A stretch of 64,000 bases of DNA from contig NW_027437455.1 in NCBI RefSeq assembly GCF_964204645.1, forward strand, positions 1 to 64,000, read 5' to 3'. Every line of letters begins with the position of its first letter. Position 1 is the first letter of the stretch. Positions 1 to 14,074 of this stretch are shown piece after piece. Origin of the DNA: Tubulanus polymorphus. Its lineage: Eukaryota > Animalia > Nemertea. The translations under genes and the position numbers were made by a program. A model generated the notes under the pieces. That model searched no databases and was not told the DNA's origin. It saw only the letters and a list, made by a program, of their open reading frames with translations.

Positions 1-3000
1 CCCCCTATCCGAAAAACGAAAATGTCGATGCGTAAAAGCGCTCAAATCGTCAGGAAAAGCACTTTTCGACCCGAAAACGTCGTTCAGCGCGAGAAAAGAC
101 GTTTTCGTATCAAATATTCCCCCTATCGGAAAAACGAAAATGTCGATGCGTAAAAGCGCTCAAATCGTCAGGAAAAGCACTTTTCGACCCGAAAACGTCG
201 TTCAGCGCGAGAAAAGACGTTTTCGTAGCAAATATTCCCCCTATCGGAAAAACGACGATGTCGATGCGTAAAAGCGCTCAAATCGTCAGGAAAGGCACTT
301 TCGACCCGAAAACGTCGTTCAGCGCGAGAAAAGACGTTTTCGTATCAAATATTCCCCCTATCGGAAAAACGAAAATGTCGATGCGTAAAAGCGCTCAAAT
401 CGTCAGGAAAGCACTTTTCGACGCGAAAACTTCGTTCAGCGCGAGAAAAGACGTTTTCGTATCAAATATTCCCCTTATCGGAAAAACGACAATGTCGATG
501 CGTAAAAGCGCTCAAATCGTCAGGAAAAGCACTTTTCGACCCGAAAACGTCGTTCAGCGCGAGAAAAGACGTTTTCGTATCAAATATTCCCCCTATCCGA
601 AAAACGAAAATGTCGATGCGTAAAAGCGCTCAAATCGTCAGGAAAAGCACTTTTCGACCCGAAAACGTCGTTCAGCGCGAGAAAAGACGTTTTCGTATCA
701 AATATTCCCCCTATCGGAAAAACGAAAATGTCGATGCGTAAAAGCGCTCAAATCGTCAGGAAAAGCTCTTTTCGACCCGAAAACGTCGTTCAGCGCGAGA
801 AAAGACGTTTTCGTATCAAATATTCCCCCTATCGGAAAAACGACAATGTCGATGCGTAAAAGCGCTCAAATCGTCAGGAAAGGCACTTTTCGACCCGAAA
901 ACGTCGTTCATCGCGAGAAAGACGTTTTCGTATCAAATATTCCCCCTATCGGAAAAACGAAAATGTCGATGCGTAAAAGCGCTCAAATCGTCAGGAAAAG
1001 CACTTTTCGACGCGAAAACTTCGTTCAGCGCGAGAAAAGACATTTTCGTATCAAATATTCCCCTTATCGGAAAAACGACAATGTCGATGCGTAAAAGCGC
1101 TCAAATCGTCAGGAAAAGCACTTTTCGACCCGAAAACGTCGTTCAGCGCAGAGAAAAGACGTTTTCGTATCAAATATTCCCCCTATCGGAAAAACGACAA
1201 TGTCGATGCGTAAAAGCGCTCAAATCGTCAGGAAAAGCACTTTTCGACCCGAAAACGTCGTTCAGCGCGAGAAAAGACGTTTTCGTATCAAATATTCCCC
1301 CCATCGGAAAAACGAAAATGTCGATGCGTAAAAGCGCTCAAATCGTCAGGAAAAGCACTTTTCGACGCGAAAACGTCGTTCAGCGCGAGAAAAGACGTTT
1401 TCGTATCAAATATTCCCCCTATCGGAAAAACGACAATGTCGATGCGTAAAAGCGCTCAAATCGTCAGGAAAAGCACTTTTCGACCCGAAAACGTCGTTCA
1501 GCGCGAGAAAAGACGTTTTCGTATCAAATATTCCCCCTATCGGAAAACGAAAATGTCGATGCGTGAAAGGGCTCAAATCTTCAGGAAAAGCACTTTTCGA
1601 CCCGAAAACCTCGTTCAGCGCGAGAAAAAACGTTTTCGTTTCAAATATTCCCCTATCGGAAAAACGACAATGTCGATGCGTAAAAGGGCTCAAATCTTTC
1701 GGAAAAGCACTTTTCGACCCGAAAACCTCGTTCAGCGCGAGAAAAGACGTTTTCGTATCGAATATTCCCCCTATCGGAAAAACGACAATGTCGATGCGTA
1801 AAAAGCGCTCAAATCGTCAGGAAAAGCACTTTTCGACGCGAAAACGTCGTTCAGCGCGAGAAAAGACTTTTCGTATCAAATATTCCCCCCTATCGGAAAA
1901 ACGAAAATGTCGATGCGTAAAAGGGCTCAAATCTTTCGGAAAAGCACTTTTCGACGCGAAAACGTCGTTCAGCGCGAGAAAAGACGTTTTCGTATCAAAT
2001 ATTCCCCCTATCGGAAAAAAGGAAAATGTCGATGCGTTAAAAAGCTAAAATCTTTCGGAAAAGCACTTTTCGACCCGAAACCTCGTTCAGCGCGAGAAAA
2101 GACGTCTTCGTATCGAATATTCCCCTTATCGGAAAAACGAAAATGTCGATGCGTAAAAGCGCTCAAATCGTCAGGAAAAGCACTTTTCGACCGAAAACAT
2201 CGTTCAGCGCGAGAAAAGACGTTTTCGTATCAAATATTCCCCCTATCGGAAAAACGAAAATGTCGATGCGTAAAAGCGCTCAAATCGTCAGGAAAAACAC
2301 TTTTCGACGCGAAAACGTCGTTCAGCGCGAGAAAAGACGTTTTCGTATCAAATATTCCCCTATCGGAAAAACGAAAATGTCGATGCGTAAAAGGGCTCAA
2401 ATCGTCAGGAAAAGCACTTTTCGACCCGAAAACGTCGTCCAGCGCGAGAAAAGACGTTTTCGTATAAAATATTCCCCCTATCCGAAAAACGAAAATGTCG
2501 ATGCGTAAAAGCGCTCAAATCGTCAGGAAAAGCACTTTTCGACGCGAAAACGTCGTTCAGCGCGAGAAAAGATGTTTTCGTATAAATATTCCCCCTATCG
2601 GAAAAAACAAAAATGTCTATGCGTAAAAGCGCTCAAATCGTCAGGAAAAGCACTTTTCGACCCGAAAACGTCGTTCAGCGCGAGAAAAGACGTTTCGTAT
2701 CAAATATTCCCCCTATCGGAAAAACGACAATGTCGATGCGTAAAAGCGCTCAAATCGTCAGGAAAAGCACTTTTCGACGCGAAAACGTCGTTCAGCGCGA
2801 GAAAAGACGTTTTCGTATCAAATATTCCCCCTATCGGAAAAACGACAATGTCGATGCGTAAAAGCGCTCAAATCGTCAGGAAAAGCACTTTTCGACCCGA
2901 AAACGTCGTTCAGCGCGAGAAAAGACGTTTTCGTATCAAATATTCCCCCTATCGGAAAAAACGAAAATGTCGATGCGTGAAAGGGCTCAAATCTTCAGGA

Positions 3001-6000
3001 AAAGCACTTTTCGACCCGAAAACCTCGTTCAGCGCGAGAAAAAACGTTTTCGTTTCAAATATTCCCCTATCGGAAAATCGACAATGTCGATGCGTAAAAG
3101 CGCTCAAATCGTCAGGAAAAGCACTTTCGACCCGAAAACGTCGTTCAGCGCGAGAAAAGACGTTTTCGTATCAAATATTCCCCCTTTCGGAAAAACGAAA
3201 ATGTCGATGCTTAAAAGCGCTCAAATCGTCAGGAAAAGCACTTTTCGACTCGAAAACGTCGTTCAGCGCGAGAAAAGACGTTTTCGTATCAAATATTCCC
3301 CCTATCCGAAAAACGAAAATGTCGATGCGTAAAAGCGCTCAAATCGTCAGGAAAAGCACTTTTCGACCCGAAAACGTTCGTTCAGCGCGGGAAGAGACGT
3401 TTTCGTATCAAATATTCCCCCTATCGGAAAAACGACAATGTCGATGCGTAAAAGCGCTCAAATCGTCAGGAAAAGCACTTTTCGACCCGAAAACGTCGTT
3501 CAGCGCGAGAAAAGACGTTTTCGTATCAAATATTCCCCCTATCGGAAAAACGAAAATGTCGATGCGTAAAAGCGCTCAAATCGTCAGGAAAAGCACTTTT
3601 CGACGCGAAAACGTCGTTCAGCGCGAGAAAAGACGTTTTCGTATCAAATATTCCCCCTATCCGAAAAACGAAAATGTCGATGCGTAAAAGCGCTCAAATC
3701 GTCAGGAAAAGCACTTTTCGACCCGAAAACGTCGTTCAGCGCGAGAAAAGACGTTTTCGTATCAAATATTCCCCCTATCGGAAAAACGAAAATGTCGATG
3801 CGTAAAAGCGCTCAAATCGTCAGGAAAAGCACTTTTCGACCCGAAAACGTCGTTCAGCGCGAGAAAAGACGTTTCGTAGCAATATTCCCCCTATCGGAAA
3901 ACGACGATGTCGATGCGTAAAAGCGCTCAAATCGTCAGGAAAGGCACTTTTCGACCCGAAAACGTCGTTCAGCGCGAGAAAAGACGTTTTCGTATCAAAT
4001 ATTCCCCCTATCGGAAAAACGAAAATGTCGATGCGTAAAAGCGCTCAAATCGTCAGGAAAAGCACTTTTCGACGCGAAAACTTCGTTCAGCGCGAGAAAA
4101 GACGTTTTCGTATCAAATATTCCCCTTATCGGAAAAACGACAATGTCGATGCGTAAAAGCGCTCAAATCGTCAGGAAAAGCACTTTTCGACCCGAAAACG
4201 TCGTTCAGCGCGAGAAAAGACGTTTTCGTATCAAATATTCCCCCTATCCGAAAAACGAAAATGTCGATGCGTAAAAGCGCTCAAATCGTCAGGAAAAGCA
4301 CTTTTCGACCCGAAAACGTCGTTCAGCGCGAGAAAAGACGTTTTCGTATCAAATATTCCCCCTATCGGAAAAACGAAAATGTCGATGCGTAAAAGCGCTC
4401 AAATCGTCAGGAAAAGCTCTTTTCGACCCGAAAACGTCGTTCAGCGCGAGAAAAGACGTTTTCGTATCAAATATTCCCCCTATCGGAAAAACGACAATGT
4501 CGATGCGTAAAAGCGCTCAAATCGTCAGGAAAGGCACTTTTCGACCCGAAAACGTCGTTCAGCGCGAGAAAAGACGTTTTCGTATCAAATATTCCCCCTA
4601 TCGGAAAAACGAAAATGTCGATGCGTAAAAGCGCTCAAATCGTCAGGAAAAGCACTTTTCGACGCGAAAACTTCGTTCAGCGCGAGAAAAGACGTTTTCG
4701 TATCAAATATTCCCCTTATCGGAAAAACGACAATGTCGATGCGTAAAAGCGCTCAAATCGTCAGGAAAAGCACTTTTCGACCCGAAAACGTCGTTCAGCG
4801 CGAGAAAAGACGTTTTCGTATCAAATATTCCCCCTATCGGAAAAACGACAATGTCGATGCGTAAAAGCGCTCAAATCGTCAGGAAAAGCACTTTTCGACC
4901 CGAAAACGTCGTTCAGCGCGAGAAAAGACGGTTTCGTATCAAATATTCCATCGGAAAAACGAAAATGTCGATGCGTAAAAGCGCTCAAATCGTCAGGAAA
5001 AGCACTTTTCGACGCGAAAACGTCGTTCAGCGCGAGAAAAGACGTTTTCGTATCAAATATTCCCCCTATCGGAAAAACGACAATGTCGATGCGTAAAAGC
5101 GCTCAAATCGTCAGGAAAAGCACTTTTCGACCCGAAAACGTCGTTCAGCGCGAGAAAAGACGTTTTCGTATCAAATATTCCCCCTATCGGAAAAACGAAA
5201 ATGTCGATGCGTGAAAGGGCTCAAATCTTCAGGAAAAGCACTTTTCGACCCGAAAACCTCGTTCAGCGCGAGAAAAAACGTTTTCGTTTCAAATATTCCC
5301 CCTATCGGAAAAACGACAATGTCGATGCGTAAAAGGGCTCAAATCTTTCGGAAAAGCACTTTTCGACCCGAAAACCTCGTTCAGCGCGAGAAAAGACGTT
5401 TTCGTATCGAATATTCCCCCTATCGGAAAAAACGACAATGTCGATGCGTAAAAAGCGCTCAAATCGTCAGGAAAAGCACTTTTCGACGCGAAAACGTCGT
5501 TCAGCGCGAGAAAAGACGTTTTCGTATCAAATATTCCCCCTATCGGAAAAACGAAAATGTCGATGCGTAAAAGGGCTCAAATCTTTCGGAAAAGCACTTT
5601 TCGACGCGAAAACGTCGTTCAGCGCGAGAAAAGACGTTTTCGTATCAAATATTCCCCCTATCGGAAAAAAGGAAAATGTCGATGCGTAAAAAAGCTAAAA
5701 TCTTTCGGAAAAGCACTTTTCGACCCGAAAACCTCGTTCAGCGCGAGAAAAGACGTCTTCGTATCGAATATTCCCCTTATCGGAAAAACGAAAATGTCGA
5801 TGCGTAAAAGCGCTCAAATCGTCAGGAAAAGCACTTTTCGACCCGAAAACATCGTTCAGCGCGAGAAAAGACGTTTTCGTATCAAATATTCCCCCTATCG
5901 GAAAAACGAAAATGTCGATGCGTAAAAGCGCTCAAATCGTCAGGAAAAACACTTTTCGACGCGAAAACGTCGTTCAGCGCGAGAAAAGACGTTTTCGTAT

Positions 6001-9000
6001 CAAATATTCCCCTATCGGAAAAACGAAAATGTCGATGCGTAAAAGGGCTCAAATCGTCAGGAAAAGCACTTTTCGACCCGAAAACGTCGTCCAGCGCGAG
6101 AAAAGACGTTTTCGTATAAAATATTCCCCCTATCCGAAAAACGAAAATGTCGATGCGTAAAAGCGCTCAAATCGTCAGGAAAAGCACTTTTCGACGCGAA
6201 AACGTCGTTCAGCGCGAGAAAAGATGTTTTCGTATAAATATTCCCCCTATCGGAAAAAACAAAAATGTCTATGCGTAAAAGCGCTCAAATCGTCAGGAAA
6301 AGCACTTTTCGACCCGAAAACGTCGTTCAGCGCGAGAAAAGACGTTTTCGTAGCAAATATTCCCCCTATCGGAAAAACGACGATGTCGATGCGTAAAAGC
6401 GCTCAAATCGTCAGGAAAGGCACTTTTCGACCCGAAAACGTCGTTCAGCGCGAGAAAAGACGTTTTCGTATCAAATATTCCCCCTATCGGAAAAACGAAA
6501 ATGTCGATGCGTAAAAGCGCTCAAATCGTCAGGAAAAGCACTTTTCGACGCGAAAACTTCGTTCAGCGCGAGAAAAGACGTTTTCGTATCAAATATTCCC
6601 CTTATCGGAAAAACGACAATGTCGATGCGTAAAAGCGCTCAAATCGTCAGGAAAAGCACTTTTCGACCCGAAAACGTCGTTCAGCGCGAGAAAAGACGTT
6701 TTCGTATCAAATATTCCCCCTATCGGAAAAACGAAAATGTCGATGCGTAAAAGCGCTCAAATCGTCAGGAAAAGCACTTTTCGACGCGAAAACGTCGTTC
6801 AGCGCGAGAAAAGACGTTTTCGTATCAAATATTCCCCCTATCGGAAAAACGACAATGTCGATGCGTAAAAGCGCTCAAATCGTCAGGAAAAGCACTTTTC
6901 GACCCGAAAACGTCGTTCAGCGCGAGAAAAGACGTTTTCGTATCAAATATTCCCCCTATCGGAAAAACGAAAATGTCGATGCGTGAAAGGGCTCAAATCT
7001 TCAGGAAAAGCACTTTTCGACCCGAAAACCTCGTTCAGCGCGAGAAAAAACGTTTTCGTTTCAAATATTCCCCCTATCGGAAAAACGACAATGTCGATGC
7101 GTAAAAGGGCTCAAATCTTTCGGAAAAGCACTTTTCGACCCGAAAACCTCGTTCAGCGCGAGAAAAGACGTTTTCGTATCGAATATTCCCCCTATCGGAA
7201 AAACGACAATGTCGATGCGTAAAAAGCGCTCAAATCGTCAGGAAAAGCACTTTTCGACGCGAAAACGTCGTTCAGCGCGAGAAAAGACGTTTTCGTATCA
7301 AATATTCCCCCTATCGGAAAAACGAAAATGTCGATGCGTAAAAGGGCTCAAATCTTTCGGAAAAGCACTTTTCGAACGCGAAAACGTCGTTCAGCGCGAG
7401 AAAAGACGTTTTCGTATCAAATATTCCCCCTATCGGAAAAAAGGAAAATGTCGATGCGTAAAAAAGCTAAAATCTTTCGGAAAAGCACTTTTCGACCCGA
7501 AAACCTCGTTCAGCGCGAGAAAAGACGTCTTCGTATCGAATATTCCCCTTATCGGAAAAACGAAAATGTCGATGCGTAAAAGCGCTCAAATCGTCAGGAA
7601 AAGCACTTTTCGACCCGAAAACATCGTTCAGCGCGAGAAAAGACGTTTTCGTATCAAATATTCCCCCTATCGGAAAAACGAAAATGTCGATGCGTAAAAG
7701 CGCTCAAATCGTCAGGAAAAACACTTTTCGACGCGAAAACGTCGTTCAGCGCGAGAAAAGACGTTTTCGTATCAAATATTCCCCTATCGGAAAAACGAAA
7801 ATGTCGATGCGTAAAAGGGCTCAAATCGTCAGGAAAAGCACTTTTCGACCCGAAAACGTCGTCCAGCGCGAGAAAAGACGTTTTCGTATAAAATATTCCC
7901 CCTATCCGAAAAACGAAAATGTCGATGCGTAAAAGCGCTCAAATCGTCAGGAAAAGCACTTTTCGACGCGAAAACGTCGTTCAGCGCGAGAAAAGATGTT
8001 TTCGTATAAATATTCCCCCTATCGGAAAAAACAAAAATGTCTATGCGTAAAAGCGCTCAAATCGTCAGGAAAAGCACTTTTCGACCCGAAAACGTCGTTC
8101 AGCGCGAGAAAAGACGTTTTCGTATCAAATATTCCCCCTATCGGAAAAACGACAATGTCGATGCGTAAAAGCGCTCAAATCGTCAGGAAAAGCACTTTTC
8201 GACGCGAAAACGTCGTTCAGCGCGAGAAAAGACGTTTTCGTATCAAATATTCCCCCTATCGGAAAAACGACAATGTCGATGCGTAAAAGCGCTCAAATCG
8301 TCAGGAAAAGCACTTTTCGACCCGAAAACGTCGTTCAGCGCGAGAAAAGACGTTTTCGTATCAAATATTCCCCCTATCGGAAAAACGAAAATGTCGATGC
8401 GTGAAAGGGCTCAAATCTTCAGGAAAAGCACTTTTCGACCCGAAAACCTCGTTCAGCGCGAGAAAAAACGTTTTCGTTTCAAATATTCCCCCTATCGGAA
8501 AATCGACAATGTCGATGCGTAAAAGCGCTCAAATCGTCAGGAAAAGCACTTTCGACCCGAAAACGTCGTTCAGCGCGAGAAAAGACGTTTTCGTATCAAA
8601 TATTCCCCCTTTCGGAAAAACGAAAATGTCGATGCTTAAAAGCGCTCAAATCGTCAGGAAAAGCACTTTTCGACTCGAAAACGTCGTTCAGCGCGAGAAA
8701 AGACGTTTTCGTATCAAATATTCCCCCTATCGGAAAAACGACAATGTCGATGCGTAAAAGGGCTCAAATCTTTCGGAAAAGCACTTTTCGACCCGAAAAC
8801 CTCGTTCAGCGCGAGAAAAGACGTTTTCGTATCGAATATTCCCCCTATCGGAAAAACGACAATGTCGATGCGTAAAAAGCGCTCAAATCGTCAGGAAAAG
8901 CACTTTTCGACGCGAAAACGTCGTTCAGCGCGAGAAAAGACGTTTTCGTATCAAATATTCCCCCTATCGGAAAAACGAAAATGTCGATGCGTAAAAGGGC

Positions 9001-12000
9001 TCAAATCTTTCGGAAAAGCACTTTTCGACGCGAAAACGTCGTTCAGCGCGAGAAAAGACGTTTTCGTATCAAATATTCCCCTATCGGAAAAAAGGAAAAT
9101 GTCGATGCGTAAAAAAGCTAAAATCTTTCGGAAAAGCACTTTTCGACCCGAAAACCTCGTTCAGCGCGAGAAAAGACGTCTTCGTATCGAATATTCCCCT
9201 TATCGGAAAAACGAAAATGTCGATGCGTAAAAGCGCTCAAATCGTCAGGAAAAGCACTTTTCGACCCGAAAACATCGTTCAGCGCGAGAAAAGACGTTTT
9301 CGTATCAAATATTCCCCCTATCGGAAAAACGAAAATGTCGATGCGTAAAAGCGCTCAAATCGTCAGGAAAAGCACTTTTCGACGCGAAAACGTCGTTCAG
9401 CGCGAGAAAAGACGTTTTCGTATCAAATATTCCCCTATCGGAAAAACGAAAATGTCGATGCGTAAAAGGGCTCAAATCGTCAGGAAAAGCACTTTTCGAC
9501 CCGAAAACGTCGTCCAGCGCGAGAAAAAAACGTTTTCGTATCAAATATTCCCCCTATCGGAAAAACGAAAATGTCGATGCGTAAAAGCGCTCAAATCGTC
9601 AGGAAAAGCACTTTTCGACGCGAAAACGTCGTTCAGCGCGAGAAAAGACGTTTTCGTATCGAATATTCCCCCTATCGGAAAAACGACAATGTCGATGCGT
9701 AAAAAGCGCTCAAATCGTCAGGAAAAGCACTTTTCGACGCGAAAACGTCGTTCAGCGCGAGAAAAGACGTTTTCGTATCAAATATTCCCCCTATCGGAAA
9801 AACGAAAATGTCGATGCGTAAAAGGGCTCAAATCTTTCGGAAAAGCACTTTTCGACGCGAAAACGTCGTTCAGCGCGAGAAAAGACGTTTTCGTATCAAA
9901 TATTCCCCCTATCGGAAAAAAGGAAAATGTCGATGCGTAAAAAAGCTAAAATCTTTCGGAAAAGCACTTTTCGACCCGAAAACCTCGTTCAGCGCGAGAA
10001 AGACGTCTTCGTATCGAATATTCCCCTTATCGGAAAAACGAAAATGTCGATGCGTAAAAGCGCTCAAATCGTCAGGAAAAGCACTTTTCGACCCGAAAAC
10101 ATCGTTCAGCGCGAGAAAAGACGTTTTCGTATCAAATATTCCCCCTATCGGAAAAACGAAAATGTCGATGCGTAAAAGCGCTCAAATCGTCAGGAAAAAC
10201 ACTTTTCGACGCGAAAACGTCGTTCAGCGCGAGAAAAGACGTTTTCGTATCAAATATTCCCCTATCGGAAAAACGAAAATGTCGATGCGTAAAAGGGCTC
10301 AAATCGTCAGGAAAAGCACTTTTCGACCCGAAAACGTCGTCCAGCGCGAGAAAAGACGTTTTCGTATAAAATATTCCCCCTATCCGAAAAACGAAAATGT
10401 CGATGCGTAAAAGCGCTCAAATCGTCAGGAAAAGCACTTTTCGACGCGAAAACGTCGTTCAGCGCGAGAAAAGATGTTTTCGTATAAATATTCCCCCTAT
10501 CGGAAAAAACAAAAATGTCTATGCGTAAAAGCGCTCAAATCGTCAGGAAAAGCACTTTTCGACCCGAAAACGTCGTTCAGCGCGAGAAAAGACGTTTTCG
10601 TATCAAATATTCCCCCTATCGGAAAAACGACAATGTCGATGCGTAAAAGCGCTCAAATCGTCAGGAAAAGCACTTTTCGACGCGAAAACGTCGTTCAGCG
10701 CGAGAAAAGACGTTTTCGTATCAAATATTCCCCCTATCGGAAAAACGACAATGTCGATGCGTAAAAGCGCTCAAATCGTCAGGAAAAGCACTTTTCGACC
10801 CGAAAACGTCGTTCAGCGCGAGAAAAGACGTTTTCGTATCAAATATTCCCCCTATCGGAAAAACGAAAATGTCGATGCGTGAAAGGGCTCAAATCTTCAG
10901 GAAAAGCACTTTTCGACCCGAAAACCTCGTTCAGCGCGAGAAAAAACGTTTTCGTTTCAAATATTCCCCCTATCGGAAAATCGACAATGTCGATGCGTAA
11001 AAGCGCTCAAATCGTCAGGAAAAGCACTTTCGACCCGAAAACGTCGTTCAGCGCGAGAAAAGACGTTTTCGTATCAAATATTCCCCCTTTCGGAAAAACG
11101 AAAATGTCGATGCTTAAAAGCGCTCAAATCGTCAGGAAAAGCACTTTTCGACTCGAAAACGTCGTTCAGCGCGAGAAAAGACGTTTTCGTATCAAATATT
11201 CCCCCTATCGGAAAAACGACAATGTCGATGCGTAAAAGGGCTCAAATCTTTCGGAAAAGCACTTTTCGACCCGAAAACCTCGTTCAGCGCGAGAAAAGAC
11301 GTTTTCGTATCGAATATTCCCCCTATCGGAAAAACGACAATGTCGATGCGTAAAAGGGCTCAAATCTTTCGGAAAAGCACTTTTCGACGCGAAAACGTCG
11401 TTCAGCGCGAGAAAAGACGTTTTCGTATCAAATATTCCCCCTATCGGAAAAAAGGAAAATGTCGATGCGTAAAAAAGCTAAAATCTTTCGGAAAAGCACT
11501 TTTCGACCCGAAAACCTCGTTCAGCGCGAGAAAAGACGTCTTCGTATCGAATATTCCCCTTATCGGAAAAACGAAAATGTCGATGCGTAAAAGCGCTCAA
11601 ATCGTCAGGAAAAGCACTTTTCGACCCGAAAACATCGTTCAGCGCGAGAAAAGACGTTTTCGTATCAAATATTCCCCCTATCGGAAAAACGAAAATGTCG
11701 ATGCGTAAAAGCGCTCAAATCGTCAGGAAAAGCACTTTTCGACGCGAAAACGTCGTTCAGCGCGAGAAAAGACGTTTTCGTATCAAATATTCCCCTATCG
11801 GAAAAACGAAAATGTCGATGCGTAAAAGGGCTCAAATCGTCAGGAAAAGCACTTTTCGACCCGAAAACGTCGTCCAGCGCGAGAAAAAAACGTTTTCGTA
11901 TCAAATATTCCCCCTATCGGAAAAACGAAAATGTCGATGCGTAAAAGCGCTCAAATCGTCAGGAAAAGCACTTTTCGACGCGAAAACGTCGTTCAGCGCG

Positions 12001-14074
12001 AGAAAAGATGTTTTCGTATAAATATTCCCCCTATCGGAAAAAACAAAAATGTCTATGCGTAAAAGCGCTCAAATCGTCAGGAAAAGCACTTTTCGACCCG
12101 AAAACGTCGTTCAGCGCGAGAAAAGACGTTTTCGTATCAAATATTCCCCCTATCGGAAAAACGACAATGTCGATGCGCAAAAGCGCTCAAATCGTCAGGA
12201 AAAGCACTTTTCGACGCGAAAACGTTGTTCAGCGCGAGAAAAGACGTTTTCGTATCAAATATTCCCCCTATCGGAAAAACGACAATGTCGATGCGTAAAA
12301 GCGCTCAAATCGTCAGGAAAAGCACTTTTCGACGCGAAAACGTCGTTCAGCGCGAGAAAAGTCGTTTTCGTGTCAAATATTCCCTCTATGGGAAAAACGA
12401 AAATGTCGATGCGTAAAAGGGCTCAAATCTTTCGGAAAAGCACTTTTCGACGCGAAAACGTTGTTCAGCGCGAGAAAAGACGTTTTCGTATCAAATATTC
12501 CCTCTATCGGAAAAATGAAAATGTCGATGCGTAAAAGGGCTCAAATCTTTCGGAAAAGCACTTTTCGACCCGAAAACCTCGTTCAGCGCGAGAAAAGACG
12601 TTTTCGTATCGAATATTCCCCCTATCGGAAAAACGACAATGTCGATGCGTAAAAAGCGCTCAAATCGTCAGGAAAAGCACTTTTCGACGCGAAAACGTCG
12701 TTCAGCGCGAGAAAAGACGTTTTCGTATCAAATATTCCCCCTATCGGAAAAACGACAATGTCGATGCGTAAAAGCGCTCAAATCGTCAGGAAAAGCACTT
12801 TTCGATCCGAAAACGTCGTTCAGCGCGAGAAAAGACGTTTTCGTATCAAATATTACCCCTATCGGAAAAACGACAATGTCGATGCGTAAAAGCGCTCAAA
12901 TCGTCAGGAAAAGCACTTTTCGACGCGAAAACGTCGTTGAGCGCGAGAAAAGACGTTTTCGTATCAAATATTCCCCCTATCGGAAAAACGACAATGTCGA
13001 TGCGTAAAAGCGCTCAAATCGTCAGGAAAAGCACTTTTCGACCCGAAAACGTCGTTCAGCGCGAGAAAAGACGTTTTCGTATCAAATATTCCCCCTATCG
13101 GAAAAACGAAAATTTCGATGCGTAAAAGCGCTCAAATCGTCAGGAAAAGCACTTTTCGACCCGAAAACGTCGTTCAGCGCGAGAAAAAACGTTTTCGTAT
13201 CAAATATTCCCCCTATCGGAAAAACGACAATGTCGATGCGTAAAAAGCGCTCAAATCGTCAGGAAAAGCACTTTTCGACGCGAAAACGTCGTTGAGCGCG
13301 AGAAAAGTCGTTTTCGTATCAAATATTCCCCCTATCGGAAAAAACGACAATGTCGATGCGTAAAAGCGCTCAAATCGTCAGGAAAAGCACTTTTCGACGC
13401 GAAAACGTCGTTCAGCGCGAGAAAAGACGTTTTCGTATCAAATATTCCCTCTATCGGAAAAACGAAAATGTCGATGCGTAAAAGGGCTCAAATCTTTCGG
13501 AAAAGCACTTTTCGACCCGAAAACCTCGTTCAGCGCGAGAAAAAACGTTTTCGTATCAAATATTCCCCCTATCGGAAAAACGAAAATGTCGATGCGTAAA
13601 ATCGCTCAAATCGTCAGGAAAAGCACTTTTCGACGCGAAAACGTCGTTCAGCGCGAGAAAAGACGTTTTCGTATCAAATATTCCCCCTATCGGAAAAACG
13701 ACAATGTCGATGCGTAAAAGCGCTCAAATCGTCAGGAAAAGCACTTATCGACGCGAAAACGTCGTTCAGCGCGAGAAAAGACGATTTCGTATCAAATATT
13801 CCCTCTATCGGAAAAACGAAAATGTCGATGCGTAAAAGGGCTCAAATCTTTCGGAAAAGCACTTTTCGACCCGAAAAACTCGTTCAGCGCGAGAAAAGAC
13901 GTTTTCGTATCGAATATTCCCCCTATCGGAAAAACGACAATGTCGATGCGTAAAAAGCGCTCAAATCGTCAGGAAAAGCACTTTTCGACGCGAAAACGTC
14001 GTTCAGCGCGAGAAAAGACGTTTTCGTATCAAATATTACCCCTATCAGAAAAACGACAATGTCGATGCGTAAAA
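1..14074 (+). repeat. 118-bp tandem satellite array, forward orientation (~119 monomers, open at window start)
   Basis: Consensus ATGTCGATGCGTAAAAGCGCTCAAATCGTCAGGAAAAGCACTTTTCGACSCGAAAACGTCGTTCAGCGCGAGAAAAGACGTTTTCGTATCAAATATTCCCCCTATCGGAAAAACGAMA, repeated head-to-tail; ends at ...GATGCGTAAAA at ~14074. Confidence 0.99.

Noticed and set aside
40-120. CENP-B box in the monomer
   Set aside because: TTCG occurs, but no TTCGnnnnAnnCGGG match on either strand.
1-14074. CRISPR-like or RNA-gene array
   Set aside because: No unique spacers; monomers are contiguous near-identical units. Length is close to 5S rRNA but the sequence does not resemble 5S or tRNA.
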